DNA of 64,000 bases from Planctomycetota bacterium (GTDB lineage Bacteria > Planctomycetota > UBA1135 > UBA2386): assembly GCA_965223545.1 (NCBI GenBank), contig OZ245006.1:5824001-5888000 (forward strand), written 5' to 3'. Below are positions 1-10,497 of the stretch, one piece after another. The first letter of the stretch is position 1. Each line of letters starts with the position of its first letter. The position numbers were made by a program, and so were the translations under genes. The notes beneath the pieces are model-generated. The model had not been told where the DNA came from. It did no database searches and saw only the letters and a program-made list of their open reading frames with translations.

Positions 1-1
1 C

Positions 2-265
2 GGCGTGCACATGCTGATGTTGCTGTGGGCGTGGCGCCAGCGTGAGCGTCTCGAGCTCGACCGGCTCGAGCGTTTCTTGACCAAGGCGGCGATCGGCACG
101 CACGCCATTACCTGTGGGATTGCTCTCCTCTCGGTTGCGATCGCCGCGGTCTGGCGCAACCCGGGCTTGGCGGGGTTGACCTACTTCTTGATGCCAGTGC
201 TTCACCCGGCGTACGGCTGGTGGGTCCGTTCGTCTACCGAGCGTCTGCACGAATCGCTCGGGTGA
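2..265 (+). CDS. C-terminal part of a membrane protein, possibly TMEM175/DUF1211-like; truncated by the window start
   Basis: Open frame from the window edge with two hydrophobic segments (CGIALLSVAIAAVW, GLAGLTYFLMPVL). The family guess is by resemblance only. Confidence 0.45.
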   Translation, partial: GVHMLMLLWAWRQRERLELDRLERFLTKAAIGTHAITCGIALLSVAIAAVWRNPGLAGLTYFLMPVLHPAYGWWVRSSTERLHESLG

Positions 266-286
266 GCTGATCGCGGGCGCGCTCGG

Positions 287-2917
287 CTACAGGGCCCGCG
301 CCAGAACGACGTTGGTCAAGCGCGGCAAGGATCGGAATGGCAGGACGACCGCCTGGGCGTACAGCGGCGTGCCGACCCACACCGGGAGTGGCGGAACAGT
401 GAAAGCGACGATTGCTTCGCCCGTTGCCGCGGGCAGCGGCACGGGCGGCAGCGCCACGGTCGAGCGGGGATCCAGGCCGACGACACCGAGCCCCGAGATC
501 GGCAGACGCGCCGCGGCAATCGCGACGAATGGCATCGCCGCATTGCCGACGACGGCCGGCCATGCGTGCACGTGCAGCTCGTAGCGGTGGCCGAGCTGCG
601 GTAGCAGCGGTGCGTGGATCTGTCGCCGCAGGTTGCGCCACACTCGATTGAAGACCCCGTTGTTGGGGATCACCGCATCGACATCGCCGTCGGCGTCGAG
701 GTCGCCGGCGGCGATGTCGGTGGCATTCTCGAAGTCACTCGGCAGGAGCGTGGAGCCATCGATGAAGAGGCCCTTTCCGTCGTTGAGGTAAAGGCGATTC
801 TGCTCGGTACGCGATGAGAAGGCGATTTGCTGGTTGCCGAACAGGAGATCGATGTCCCCGTCCTCGTCGAAGTCGGCGGCGGCGATCGACGTCGTGCGGT
901 GGAACAGGGCGGGCATGCGTGCTGCCGTGACGTCGGTGAAGACACCGCTTCCGTCATTGAGGTAGAGGCGGTTGCGTTCGGACACAAAACCGGCCACGAC
1001 CAGATCGGGATCGCCGTCGCCGTCGACGTCGGCAAACTCGAGGTCCAACGAGGCTGCTTGGTCGGTCGGCATGTGGGTTGCAGTGACGTCGGTGAACACG
1101 CCGCCGCCATCGTTGAGGTACAGCCGGTCCTGCGAGCGGTCGTTGGCGAATGCGGCATCGAGGTCGCCGTCGCCATCGACGTCGGCGAGGCGGACCGCGG
1201 GGGTCGTGTCCCATCGCGCCGGCATCCGGCCGGCGGTGGCATTCGTGAACAGCCCGAGTCCGTTGTTGAGCAGGAGCAGATTGCGGGACCCGCCGAACCG
1301 CGCGGTGGCGACGACCAGATCCGGATCGCCATCGCTGTCCACGTCGCCGGCCGCCACGCCGCCGGTGACCACCGGAAGGAGGGGGAGGCGGGTCGCGGTT
1401 GCGTCGGCAAACCGGCTCGTGCCGTCGTTGAGGTAGAGCTGGTCTTGCTGCGCGTTGGCCCAGTACAGATCTTGATCGCCGTCGCCATCGGCGTCGAACG
1501 CGATCACATGGCTCGGCCGCTCCGTATCGGGTGGAAGGAGGTTAGAGGCATCGTGAAGGTGGCCGCGGCCATCGTTTAGGTGGAGGGCGTTCTGCTCGCC
1601 CCAGTTGCCGATCACCGCGTCGAGATCTCCGTCGCGGTCGAAGTCGGCCAGAGCCACCGTGGTGCCGGTGTCGAACTCGGCGGGCAGATCGGTCGCGGTG
1701 GCGTTGGCAAACCGGCCCCCACCGTCGTTCACCAGGAGCATCTGGGCCTGTGAACCGGCGAGGCTGTTGCCGAGGATCAAGTCCATGTCGCCGTCCGCTT
1801 CGACGTCCAGGGCGACGAGTGCACTGGTGTCCGCGGCCGTGTCGGGTAGCCGCAGCGAAGACTCGTCGGTGAACACGGCGGTCCCGTCGTTGACGTAGAG
1901 TCGGCAGTCGTCGGCATCGCCCAGGGTTCCGATCGACAGATCGAGATCGCCGTCCCCGTCCACGTCGATGAGCGCCACGGCGGCCGAGTTGGGCGAGCCC
2001 AGTGGCAGCGCCGTGGAACTCACGTCCGAGAACACCCCGACGCCATTGTTGAGATAGACGCGATCGGCACCGACGTTGCCGAACACGAGGTCGAGGTCGC
2101 CGTCGCCATCCAAGTCGCCGGCCGCGACCGCGTTCGACTGGTCGTTGTAGGCCGGCATCCGCAGTGCTGTGGCGTCACCGAAGCGACCGGTGCCGTCGTT
2201 GAGATAGAGTCGGTTCTGCAGGTGGGGTCCTGTCGGAGCGATCACCAAGCTCACGGCCAACACAAGGTCTTCATCCCCGTCGCGATCGACATCGGCGAAC
2301 ACGGTCGATGCCACGCGCAGAGGCTGCTGCGGCAGCCGGGACGCGGTCGCGTCGGCGAACCGCCCGGAGCCGTCGTTGAGCAGCAGCTGCGGCTGTAGGC
2401 CGAGGCCGCTGCCGCGCCCCAAGAACAGATCCGCATCGCCATCGGCGTCGACGTCCGAGAACACGACGGCAGAGACCGTGTCGGTGGTCCCCGCCAGGTG
2501 CGTGGCGCTGACGTCGGTAAACGCTCCCCGGCCATCGTTGAGGAGGAGCTGGGTCGAGGACAGGCTGCCGACCACCAGGTCGAGGTCGAGGTCTCCATCG
2601 ACGTCGGCCAGCGCGACCACCTTGGTCAACGGCGATCCAGGGGGCAGGCGGCCGGCGGGGGCGGCGCGGAACACGCCGCGCCCATCGTTCTCGAGCAGCA
2701 TCGGGCCGCCGGGCGTCCGCGCCCCGCTCTGGTTCCCCAGCACCACATCCGGATCGCCATCCCCGTCCACGTCACCAGTGGCCATCGACAGGGTGAAGTC
2801 CTCGACCGCCGGCAGATGGCCGCCGCGCAACTCGGCGAACAACCGGGCCTGCGCGCCGCTCGTGCCCGCCAACCACAGTGCACAGGCCACCCTCAACCAC
2901 ATCCTCATCATCACCAT
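287..2917 (-). CDS. Secreted FG-GAP/VCBS repeat (beta-propeller) protein
   Basis: Signal peptide MVMMRMWLRVACALWLAGTSGAQA. About 14 repeats of (A/G)DVDGDGDxDL...LYLNDGxG.F. C-terminal domain ends LYAQAVV...RLTNVV. Start moved to ATG 2917. Confidence 0.9.
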   Translation of the reverse strand: MVMMRMWLRVACALWLAGTSGAQARLFAELRGGHLPAVEDFTLSMATGDVDGDGDPDVVLGNQSGARTPGGPMLLENDGRGVFRAAPAGRLPPGSPLTKVVALADVDGDLDLDLVVGSLSSTQLLLNDGRGAFTDVSATHLAGTTDTVSAVVFSDVDADGDADLFLGRGSGLGLQPQLLLNDGSGRFADATASRLPQQPLRVASTVFADVDRDGDEDLVLAVSLVIAPTGPHLQNRLYLNDGTGRFGDATALRMPAYNDQSNAVAAGDLDGDGDLDLVFGNVGADRVYLNNGVGVFSDVSSTALPLGSPNSAAVALIDVDGDGDLDLSIGTLGDADDCRLYVNDGTAVFTDESSLRLPDTAADTSALVALDVEADGDMDLILGNSLAGSQAQMLLVNDGGGRFANATATDLPAEFDTGTTVALADFDRDGDLDAVIGNWGEQNALHLNDGRGHLHDASNLLPPDTERPSHVIAFDADGDGDQDLYWANAQQDQLYLNDGTSRFADATATRLPLLPVVTGGVAAGDVDSDGDPDLVVATARFGGSRNLLLLNNGLGLFTNATAGRMPARWDTTPAVRLADVDGDGDLDAAFANDRSQDRLYLNDGGGVFTDVTATHMPTDQAASLDLEFADVDGDGDPDLVVAGFVSERNRLYLNDGSGVFTDVTAARMPALFHRTTSIAAADFDEDGDIDLLFGNQQIAFSSRTEQNRLYLNDGKGLFIDGSTLLPSDFENATDIAAGDLDADGDVDAVIPNNGVFNRVWRNLRRQIHAPLLPQLGHRYELHVHAWPAVVGNAAMPFVAIAAARLPISGLGVVGLDPRSTVALPPVPLPAATGEAIVAFTVPPLPVWVGTPLYAQAVVLPFRSLPRLTNVVLARAL

Positions 2918-3035
2918 TCCGGTGTCAGGATCGATTTTCTCGCATCGCCCACCGGCTGTCGAGGCCCGGCGGATTCGACAAAAAGTCGCCGCGTTCTTGT
3001 CGCCGTCGCCGGCGGCCCCGCACAGGGCAGCTGCA

Positions 3036-5768
3036 ATGGCTCCCCGCCCTTGGTCGAACGGCCCCGTCGCCGCCGTGCTGGCTGTCGCGGCCGGTGCGCA
3101 GGCGCCCTCGGCCCCGCACTGGGCTTTCGTCCGTCCCGAGCGCCCGCAGCTCCCCGCGGTGCGCGCCTCGGATTGGCCGCGACAGCCGATCGACTTCTTC
3201 ATCCTGGCGCGCCTGGAGGAGCACGGCGTGGCACCCGCGCCCGAAGCCGACCGCGCCACCCTGGCACGCCGGTTGGCCCTCGACCTGACCGGTCTGCCGC
3301 TGGCGCCGGAAGAGGTCGCCGCCTTCGTCGCCGATGAACGCCCCGAGGCCTACGACGCTCTGGTCGACCGGCTGCTCGCGTCGCCGCACTACGGCGAGCG
3401 CATGGCGCAGGACTGGCTCGACCTGGCGCGCTATGCCGACACCAACGGCTTTGGCGACGACACGCCGCGACAGATGTGGCTGTGGCGCGACTGGGTCATC
3501 GAGTCCTTCAATCGCAACCAGCGCTTCGACGAGTTCACCGTCGAGCAGCTGGCGGGCGATCTGTTGCCCGCGCCGTCACTCGCGCAGCGGATCGCCACCG
3601 GCTTCCACCGCAACCACCCGTTGCAGGCCGAAGCGGACGGCCAGCCGGGGGAGTACCATCACCGCCACGTCGCCGACCGGGTCGCCACCACCGGCGCGAC
3701 GTGGCTGGGGCTCACCGTCGGTTGCGCGGAGTGCCACGACCACAAGGTCGATCCACTGTCGCAGCGCGACTACTACCGGTTGTTCGCGTTCTTCGACAAC
3801 CTCGAAGAGCGCGGCCTCCGCGGCGGCGAGAACCCCGTGCCGAGCTTGGCCGTGCCCAGCGTGGAGCAGGGTGCCCAGCTGCTCGAGCTCGGCCAACGGC
3901 TGGACGCGCTGGCGGCGCGGCGCGCGCGGCTGGAGCTCGAAACCGCCGGCGAACGCGAGCGTTGGCTGCGCTCCCTCGCTGTGGACGATGCGGCGTTGCC
4001 GGCCGCGGACGTGCATCTGCCGCTCGACGAGTCCGATCGACACGTCACCATCACCGGGCTCGGCCAGGCCTCCTTCGTCGCCGGCGTTCGCGGTGGAGCG
4101 CTCCACCTCGACGGCAACGACTCGGTCGCCGACGCGGGGGACCGCGGCGTTCTGTCGGCCGACGCGCCGTGGACCATCAGCGCTTGGCTTCGACTGCAGC
4201 CAAATGGTCGCCCGGCCTCGGGCGCGATCGCCGCCCGGATCGTCGAGTCCGGCAACGAGCAGGGCTACTGGCTCGGACTGTCGGAGGGCAGGCCGTGGAT
4301 CAGCTTGGTCGGCGATGGTGGCGATCGCGACGAGATCGCGCAGCGCGGGCGCGATGCGATTCCGCCCGGCGAGTGGCATCACGTCGCGGCGACCTACGAC
4401 GGCTCGCGGAGTGCCACCGGCCTTCGGCTGTGGGTCGACGGCGCCCCGGTCGAGGCCACGTCGCGCCGCGCCGAGCGACTGGTGGGGAGCGCGCACGCCG
4501 ACACCGCCCTGCGCATCGGTGGCTCCGACGGCTCGCCGTTCGCGGGCGCGATCGATGAGGTGCGGATCCACTCCGAGGCCCTGCCGGAGCACGCGCTGCA
4601 CACGCTCGTGACGGTCGACTTGGCGGGGGCCGCGCCGCGCCGCGGCGAGGATCGCGGCCTGCAGGCGCTGCTCGAGCGCTTCTTCGCCACGCGGGTGCAC
4701 GAAGAGCTGCGCGCGCTGGCGGCGGCGCAGCTGGACCTTCGCGCCCGCCACCGCGCGCTGTTGGGCACCGTGCCGGTGACCACCGTGATGGTCGAACGCG
4801 CAACCCCCCGCACGACCTACGTCCGGCCCCGCGGTGACTACCGCCGCCGCGGCGAGAGGGTCGACCCCGGGATTCCCGGCTTCCTGCCGCCGCTGCCCGC
4901 CGACGCGCCGCCCAACCGCCTCGGCCTGGCGCGGTGGCTCGTGCACCCGGACCACCCCTTGGTCGGGAGAGTCGTCGTCAACCGGCTGTGGCGCAGGATG
5001 TTCGGCCGCGGCCTGGTCGTGACCGAGGACGACTTCGGTCCCGGCGGCGCGCCGCCGAGCCATCCACGGCTGCTCGACTGGTTGGCGCGCGCGTTCGTCG
5101 ATGACGGCTTCGATCTCAAGCGCATGGTGCAGCTGATGGTGACGTCCGCGACCTACCGGCAGAGCAGCCACGCCAGCGCGGCGCAGTGGGCGGCCGACCC
5201 CGACAACATCTGGTGTGCGCGGGCGGGTCGATGGCGGCTCGACGCCGAGGCGATCCGCGACAACGCGCTGGCGATCGCCGGCCTGCTCGATCGGCGCGTC
5301 GGTGGCCCCAGCGTGCGCCCGCCGCAGCCCGCGGGGCTGTGGCCCGAGGAGGAGCAGACCGCGGCCGACGCGCACTGGCGGCGCGGGCTCTACGTCCATG
5401 TCTGGCGCACCATCAGCTACGCCGGCCTGTCGTTGTTCGACGCGCCAAACCGCGAAGTGTGTGTCGTGCGGCGCTCGCGGACCAACACGCCGCTGCAGGC
5501 GCTCGCGCTGCTCAACGATCCGGTGCACGTCGAAGCCGCGGCGAAGCTCGGTGCGCGCATGCGCGCTGCGGCGCAGCGCGATCTCGATCGGCTGCGCTGC
5601 GGCCTGCGGCGGTGCGTCGGGCGAGAGCCGACCACGCCCGAGATCGAGGTGCTGATGCGCCTCCTGGCGCGGCTGCGCGCGCAGCGCTCCGATCGCGCCG
5701 ACGAGCGGGTGTGGTCCGACGTCGCCGCGGTGTTGCTCAACCTCGACGAGACCATTACCCGCAACTGA
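3036..5768 (+). CDS. DUF1549/DUF1553 (PSD1) planctomycete protein with an inserted LamG-like domain
   Basis: Motifs HWAF, PIDFFILARL, WLDLARYADTNG, CAECHDHK, HPLVGRVVVNRLW, TNTPLQALALLND and C-terminal LLNLDETITRN. LamG motifs WHHVAATYDG and GAIDEVRI. Signal-like N-terminus from ATG 3036. Confidence 0.9.
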   Translation: MAPRPWSNGPVAAVLAVAAGAQAPSAPHWAFVRPERPQLPAVRASDWPRQPIDFFILARLEEHGVAPAPEADRATLARRLALDLTGLPLAPEEVAAFVADERPEAYDALVDRLLASPHYGERMAQDWLDLARYADTNGFGDDTPRQMWLWRDWVIESFNRNQRFDEFTVEQLAGDLLPAPSLAQRIATGFHRNHPLQAEADGQPGEYHHRHVADRVATTGATWLGLTVGCAECHDHKVDPLSQRDYYRLFAFFDNLEERGLRGGENPVPSLAVPSVEQGAQLLELGQRLDALAARRARLELETAGERERWLRSLAVDDAALPAADVHLPLDESDRHVTITGLGQASFVAGVRGGALHLDGNDSVADAGDRGVLSADAPWTISAWLRLQPNGRPASGAIAARIVESGNEQGYWLGLSEGRPWISLVGDGGDRDEIAQRGRDAIPPGEWHHVAATYDGSRSATGLRLWVDGAPVEATSRRAERLVGSAHADTALRIGGSDGSPFAGAIDEVRIHSEALPEHALHTLVTVDLAGAAPRRGEDRGLQALLERFFATRVHEELRALAAAQLDLRARHRALLGTVPVTTVMVERATPRTTYVRPRGDYRRRGERVDPGIPGFLPPLPADAPPNRLGLARWLVHPDHPLVGRVVVNRLWRRMFGRGLVVTEDDFGPGGAPPSHPRLLDWLARAFVDDGFDLKRMVQLMVTSATYRQSSHASAAQWAADPDNIWCARAGRWRLDAEAIRDNALAIAGLLDRRVGGPSVRPPQPAGLWPEEEQTAADAHWRRGLYVHVWRTISYAGLSLFDAPNREVCVVRRSRTNTPLQALALLNDPVHVEAAAKLGARMRAAAQRDLDRLRCGLRRCVGREPTTPEIEVLMRLLARLRAQRSDRADERVWSDVAAVLLNLDETITRN

Positions 5769-5772
5769 AGCC

Positions 5773-7173
5773 ATGGCCGATCCGAGCACTCTCTGCCACT
5801 CCACGCGGCGCGCGTTCTTGACGGGCTCCGGCGCACTCTGCGCGTCGGCTGCGCTCCGCATCAACTCGGTCGCTCACAGCGGCATCGGCCCGCACCACGC
5901 GCCGCGCGCCAAGCGGCTGATCCTGCTCACGCAGCTCGGCGCGCCTTCGCAGCTCGATCTGTTCGACCCCAAGCCCCTGCTCCGCGCGCGCGATGGCGAG
6001 CCGATGCCGGAGAGCCTGGTCGCCGGGCAGAAGGTCGACCAGCTGGCCGGACGCCAGCTGCGCATCGCCGGCTCGCGCTTCGAGTTCGCGCCGTGTGGCG
6101 AGAGCGGCATCGAGCTGTCCGACCTGCTGCCGCACCTGCGCAGTGTCGCCGACTCGCTCTGCCTCGTGCGCTCGATGCACACCGATGAGCTCAACCACGA
6201 CCCGGCGCAGACCCTGCTGCTGACGGGCCACGGTCGGCCCGGCCGGCCGAGCGCCGGCGCGTGGCTGAGCTACGGCCTCGGCCGCGCGAACGATGACCTG
6301 CCCGCCTATTGCGTGCTCACTTCGGGCGGTCGGACGACCTCGCCGCCGCAGTCGCGGCTGTTCGGTGCCGGCTTCTTGCCGGGGGCGCACCAGGGCGTGA
6401 CGCTCCGCGCCGGAGACGAAGCCGTGCTCTTCTTGCGCGATCCGGACGGGGTCGAGCGCGTCACCCGCCGCGCCCAGCTCGACGCCTTGCGCGCGCTCAA
6501 CGAAGAGCAGCTGCGCAGGGTCGCCGATCCCGAGATCGAAGCGCGCATCGAGGCGTACGAGATGGCCTTCCGCATGCAGGCGTCGGTCCCCGAGCTCACC
6601 GAGCTGAGCGCCGAGCCGGAGTCGGTGCTCGCGCTCTACGGGGCGCAGCCCGGCCAGCGCAGCTTTGCCAACAACTGCTTGCTGGCGCGGCGTCTGGTCG
6701 AGCGCGGCGTGCGCGTCGTGCAGCTCTACCACGGCGACTGGGACCACCACTACCAGCTGCCGCGGCGCCTGCCCCGGCTCGCCGCCGAGGTCGACCGGCC
6801 GGCGGCCGCGCTGCTCCTCGATCTGTCGCGCCGAGGCCTGCTGCACGACACGCTCGTCGTGTTTGCCGGCGAGTTCGGCCGCACGCCGATGAACCAGGGC
6901 GGGCGCACCGGGGACGAGTACGGGCGCGACCACCACGGCCGGGCGTTCTCGGTTTGGTTGGCGGGTGGTGGCGTCCGCGCCGGTTCGGTCGTCGGCGCGA
7001 CCGACGAGTTCGGCTACGACATCACCGACACGCCGGTGCACGTCCACGACCTTTGGGCGACGATTCTGCACCTGCTGGGGCTCGACCACGAGCGGCTGAC
7101 GCATCGGTTTCGCGGCCGCGACTTCCGGCTGACCGACGTCGGCGGCCGGGTCGTGCCGGGGGTCCTGGCATGA
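5773..7173 (+). CDS. DUF1501 domain protein (Tat-exported, planctomycete type)
   Basis: Twin-arginine motif TRRAFL; GAPSQLDLFDPKP, WDHH, GEFGRTP, GRDHH, FRLTDV. Lies directly after the DUF1549/1553 gene. Confidence 0.92.
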   Translation: MADPSTLCHSTRRAFLTGSGALCASAALRINSVAHSGIGPHHAPRAKRLILLTQLGAPSQLDLFDPKPLLRARDGEPMPESLVAGQKVDQLAGRQLRIAGSRFEFAPCGESGIELSDLLPHLRSVADSLCLVRSMHTDELNHDPAQTLLLTGHGRPGRPSAGAWLSYGLGRANDDLPAYCVLTSGGRTTSPPQSRLFGAGFLPGAHQGVTLRAGDEAVLFLRDPDGVERVTRRAQLDALRALNEEQLRRVADPEIEARIEAYEMAFRMQASVPELTELSAEPESVLALYGAQPGQRSFANNCLLARRLVERGVRVVQLYHGDWDHHYQLPRRLPRLAAEVDRPAAALLLDLSRRGLLHDTLVVFAGEFGRTPMNQGGRTGDEYGRDHHGRAFSVWLAGGGVRAGSVVGATDEFGYDITDTPVHVHDLWATILHLLGLDHERLTHRFRGRDFRLTDVGGRVVPGVLA

Positions 7174-7874
7174 GCCGTGCGCCCGATCGCCAGCGTGGGG
7201 ACGAGTATGATGGTCGCCGCGTGCCGCCATCCGCCCCCGAACCACTGCCGCAGCCCGACGCGCGCACGACCTTGCACGTGCGCGGCGCGATCGAAGGCGA
7301 CGCGGACAGTCTGTCGTGGGTCGTGGGCCATCTCTCGCCTTTGCTGTTGGCGCACGCCAGCTACCGGCTCGGTCCCGGCCTGCGGCGGCGCTACGACCCC
7401 GAGGACTTGGTCAGCGAGGCGTGGCTGGTCGCGCTGCCCCGGCTGCGGCAGCTGCCCGCGCGCAACGGGCGCTACACGCCGGTGCTGCTGCGCTTCTTGA
7501 GTACGACGTTGGTGCAGCGCATCTACGGCCTGGCGCGCAGCCACTTGCGCGAACGCGCCGCCACCGACCCCGGCCCGGCGCCGAGCGTGGTGGCGGACGC
7601 CGAGACGAGCGGTGTAGTCACCGCCGCGATCCGCCGTGAGCGCGCGGACCGCGTGCAGGCCACACTGGAGACCTTGGAGCCAATGGACCGGCAGCTGATC
7701 TTGCTGCGCGGTATCGAGCAGCTGTCGTTCGAGGCGATCGCGGCCCAGCTGGACACCACCGCGGTCGCGGCTGCGCGCCGCTACCAGCGCGCGCTGCACA
7801 AGCTGCGCGCGCGCTTGCCGGGATCGGTCTACGACGAGCTCGAGGACGGCGGCGCCGACCGGCCCCCGTCGTGA
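7170..7874 (+). CDS. ECF sigma-70 factor
   Basis: ATGA overlap with the DUF1501 stop. Region 2 YDPEDLVSEAW; region 4 LEPMDRQLILLRGIEQLSFEAIAAQL...YQRALHKLR. Confidence 0.85.
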   Translation: MSRAPDRQRGDEYDGRRVPPSAPEPLPQPDARTTLHVRGAIEGDADSLSWVVGHLSPLLLAHASYRLGPGLRRRYDPEDLVSEAWLVALPRLRQLPARNGRYTPVLLRFLSTTLVQRIYGLARSHLRERAATDPGPAPSVVADAETSGVVTAAIRRERADRVQATLETLEPMDRQLILLRGIEQLSFEAIAAQLDTTAVAAARRYQRALHKLRARLPGSVYDELEDGGADRPPS

Positions 7875-7890
7875 TTGGGTCGAGGCGAGA

Positions 7891-10497
7891 TCATCGGTTC
7901 GCGACGAGCTTCCGCAGAGCGTCGAACTCCGGCGCCGAGCGCAGCGGCTCGAAGTGGGGGTGGTCGAGCAGCTGGCGGTTTTTGTAGCCGGCCTCGATCG
8001 CCCGCCGCAGGTGCTGCAGGGCGCGCTCGCGATACACGGCGGCCGCGGCCTCGTCGCTCCTGGCCGCGACCGGCAGGTTGCGCGCCAACACCCGGGCGGC
8101 GTTCCAACTCTCCTTCGGCGATGGGTCGATGTTGAAGAGCCGCTCGACATGATCCGCGACGGCAGCGTGGTCCGCGATGCGCTCGTGGCTGTGGATCGCG
8201 ACCTGCAGGGCTTTGACCCAGAGCCGGGTGTACTCGGGGTTCTTGGCCGACTGAACCGCGCGGTGTGCGGCCTCCGCGGCCACCGCGTGCCGCGCCGCGC
8301 CGTGCCAGTCACCCCGGCGCGTGGCGTGCGCGGACAACCGGCTGTGCGCCAGACCGAGGTCGTTTCGATGGGTGAAGTCGTCGGGGAAGTCCGACGCCAG
8401 CCCCTCGGCCAGCGTGGCGGCCTCCGTTGCGGCTTCGGTCGCTCGATCGGCCTCGCCGGCCTCCACCAGGGCCGTGCAGTAGTTCAGCAGGGTGATCGTC
8501 AGCGTGTTGCGCGTTCCGCGATCGCCAGAGTCGGCTTCGAGAAGCTCGCGCAGGGTCTGCACGTTGTCCTCGTAGTGCCGCAGCGCATCCTCGGGGTGTC
8601 CTGCTTTGGTGAGGGCCAGCGCCAAGTGCCCCTGCACCTTCGCCAGTCGACGCCGCCGGGCCTCGGTCGGCTCTCGGGCCGTGACCTCGCGGTACGCGGC
8701 GACGGCGTCCTGCTGAGCGCGGAGTGCGGCCTCGTGCTGTCCTCCGGTCGACAGGATGACCGAGTGGTTGTGGGTCTGCTGGGCCAGGCTCTCCACGACG
8801 AGCACTTCGCGCGGGAAGCGCTCCGCCAGGGCGCGTAGGTTGGTGACCACCTCCGCCGAGAGCGCCGCCGCCTCGTCCCGCCGCCCGCCGGCGAGGTGCA
8901 CGCGCGCCATCGCCGCGCGCGCCGTCTCGCGGCTGCCGAGCAGATAGACCTCGTCGGCAAATTGGCGCAGGACCTCGTCGTGGTGTATCAGGCTCTGCTC
9001 CAGCTCCTGCCACGCGCCGCCATCGCCCTGCCGCAGCAACAACACCGCGAGCTCGTAGTGCATGCGTGCCAGCCGTCGCCGCACGCGGTGGTCGTCCTGG
9101 TCGTCGAGCAGCCGCTGCAAGAACTCGATCGCGTCGCGCATCACGTCGCGGCGCACGACCGCCGCCTGTGGCACGTCCCGCAGGTCGTTCTCGCCGACGC
9201 GGCGCAGCATCCGGTCGACGGCTTCGAACGCGAGCTCCAGGCGTTGTTCGGCGTCGCGCTGGAAGCCGGCGGCGACGCCGATGCCGGTTGCTGTGGCGAG
9301 GATCGCGACGCCCAGCGCGATCGCTGCCAGCCGGTTGCGTCGCACCCACTTGCCCAGCTGCGCGAAGGCGCCGCCGCCGTAGGCGCGCACGACTCGGACT
9401 TCCAAGAACGCGCGCAAGTCGTCGGCAAGCTCGGCCGCCGAGCGATAGCGCTGGTCGGGAGCGCGCGCCATCGCGCGTTCGCAGATGGCGACCAGCTCGT
9501 CCGGGACTCCCGGTGCCGCGCGGTGTAGCGGTTCCGGCGGCCCTTCGACGACGCGGGCCAGGACCTCGCCCGAGCCGTTGGAGCCGTCGGTGAGGGCGTG
9601 CGGCATGCGGCCGGCGAGCACGTGGTAGAGCATCGCGCCGATCGCATACACGTCGGTGGTGGGCGCGAGCTGTGCGAGGTCGCCGCGCGCCTGCTCGGGC
9701 GCCATGTAGCCCGGCGTGCCGATCACGTCGCCGGTCATCGTCGGGGTCGCGAGCCGCCACCCGGGGTCCGGTGTCGGCGGGGGAGCGTCGGTGGCCGGAG
9801 GTTCGCCGTCGACCGCCTCGGCGCCCTCGCCGGTGAGGCGGGCCAGCCCCCAATCCATGACGAAGACCTCGCCGAAGCGACCGACCATCACGTTGGACGG
9901 CTTCAGATCGCGGTGCAGCACACCGCGGTCGTGCGCGTAGGAGACCGCGTCACAGACCCGCAGCAAGACGCCGAGCACGCGCGGTTGGCTCCACTCGCCA
10001 TCGCCGGCGTGCAGACGCTGGATCACTTCGCGCAGACTCTCGCCGCGCACCATCGTCATCGTGAAGTACGGCTGGCCGCCGTCGTCGCGGCCGACGTCGT
10101 GCACCGCGACGATGCCCGGGTGGGCCAGCCGCGCGGTGATCCGCGCCTCTTCGAAGAAGCGGTGGTTCTGCGGTCGCGCCGCGTCGCCCCCGGCGCGCAG
10201 CACCTTCATCGCGACCGGGCGGTCGAGCGCGCGATCCCAGGCGCGATAGACGTCGCCCATGCCACCGGCGCCGATCACGTCTTGGCGCGCGTAGCGTGCT
10301 TCGGGCTCGCCTTCTGCCGTGTCGTCACTGGGCGCCACGGCCTCGGTCCAGCTGCGGGCGATGACGTCCTCGTAGCCCGGGTAGCGGGCTTGGTAGTCCT
10401 CGAGCGTGCGCGTCGTGCCTCGCGCCCGGTCGTCGATCAGCGTTTGCAAGAACGCGAGCGCGACCCCGTCCGCGTCTCGGGTGTCCTGGTGCTGCAT
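7891..10497 (-). CDS. Hanks-type Ser/Thr protein kinase with a TM segment and TPR-like C-terminal region
   Basis: GAGGMGDVY, VAMK, HRDLKPSN, DWGLA, GTPGYMAPEQ; hydrophobic LAAIALGVAILATATGIG; helical TPR-like tail. Confidence 0.93.
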   Translation of the reverse strand: MQHQDTRDADGVALAFLQTLIDDRARGTTRTLEDYQARYPGYEDVIARSWTEAVAPSDDTAEGEPEARYARQDVIGAGGMGDVYRAWDRALDRPVAMKVLRAGGDAARPQNHRFFEEARITARLAHPGIVAVHDVGRDDGGQPYFTMTMVRGESLREVIQRLHAGDGEWSQPRVLGVLLRVCDAVSYAHDRGVLHRDLKPSNVMVGRFGEVFVMDWGLARLTGEGAEAVDGEPPATDAPPPTPDPGWRLATPTMTGDVIGTPGYMAPEQARGDLAQLAPTTDVYAIGAMLYHVLAGRMPHALTDGSNGSGEVLARVVEGPPEPLHRAAPGVPDELVAICERAMARAPDQRYRSAAELADDLRAFLEVRVVRAYGGGAFAQLGKWVRRNRLAAIALGVAILATATGIGVAAGFQRDAEQRLELAFEAVDRMLRRVGENDLRDVPQAAVVRRDVMRDAIEFLQRLLDDQDDHRVRRRLARMHYELAVLLLRQGDGGAWQELEQSLIHHDEVLRQFADEVYLLGSRETARAAMARVHLAGGRRDEAAALSAEVVTNLRALAERFPREVLVVESLAQQTHNHSVILSTGGQHEAALRAQQDAVAAYREVTAREPTEARRRRLAKVQGHLALALTKAGHPEDALRHYEDNVQTLRELLEADSGDRGTRNTLTITLLNYCTALVEAGEADRATEAATEAATLAEGLASDFPDDFTHRNDLGLAHSRLSAHATRRGDWHGAARHAVAAEAAHRAVQSAKNPEYTRLWVKALQVAIHSHERIADHAAVADHVERLFNIDPSPKESWNAARVLARNLPVAARSDEAAAAVYRERALQHLRRAIEAGYKNRQLLDHPHFEPLRSAPEFDALRKLVANR

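Noticed and set aside
620..2800. Recurring nucleotide motifs such as gtcgccgtcgccatcgacgtc and ccgtcgttgaggtagag as a possible CRISPR or DNA repeat array
   Set aside because: They are degenerate codons of the FG-GAP protein repeats; there are no identical repeats with spacers and no cas genes.
2376..3259. Long N-terminal extensions making the FG-GAP and DUF1549 genes overlap head to head
   Set aside because: Signal peptides start at 2917 (-) and 3036 (+), leaving a normal divergent gap.
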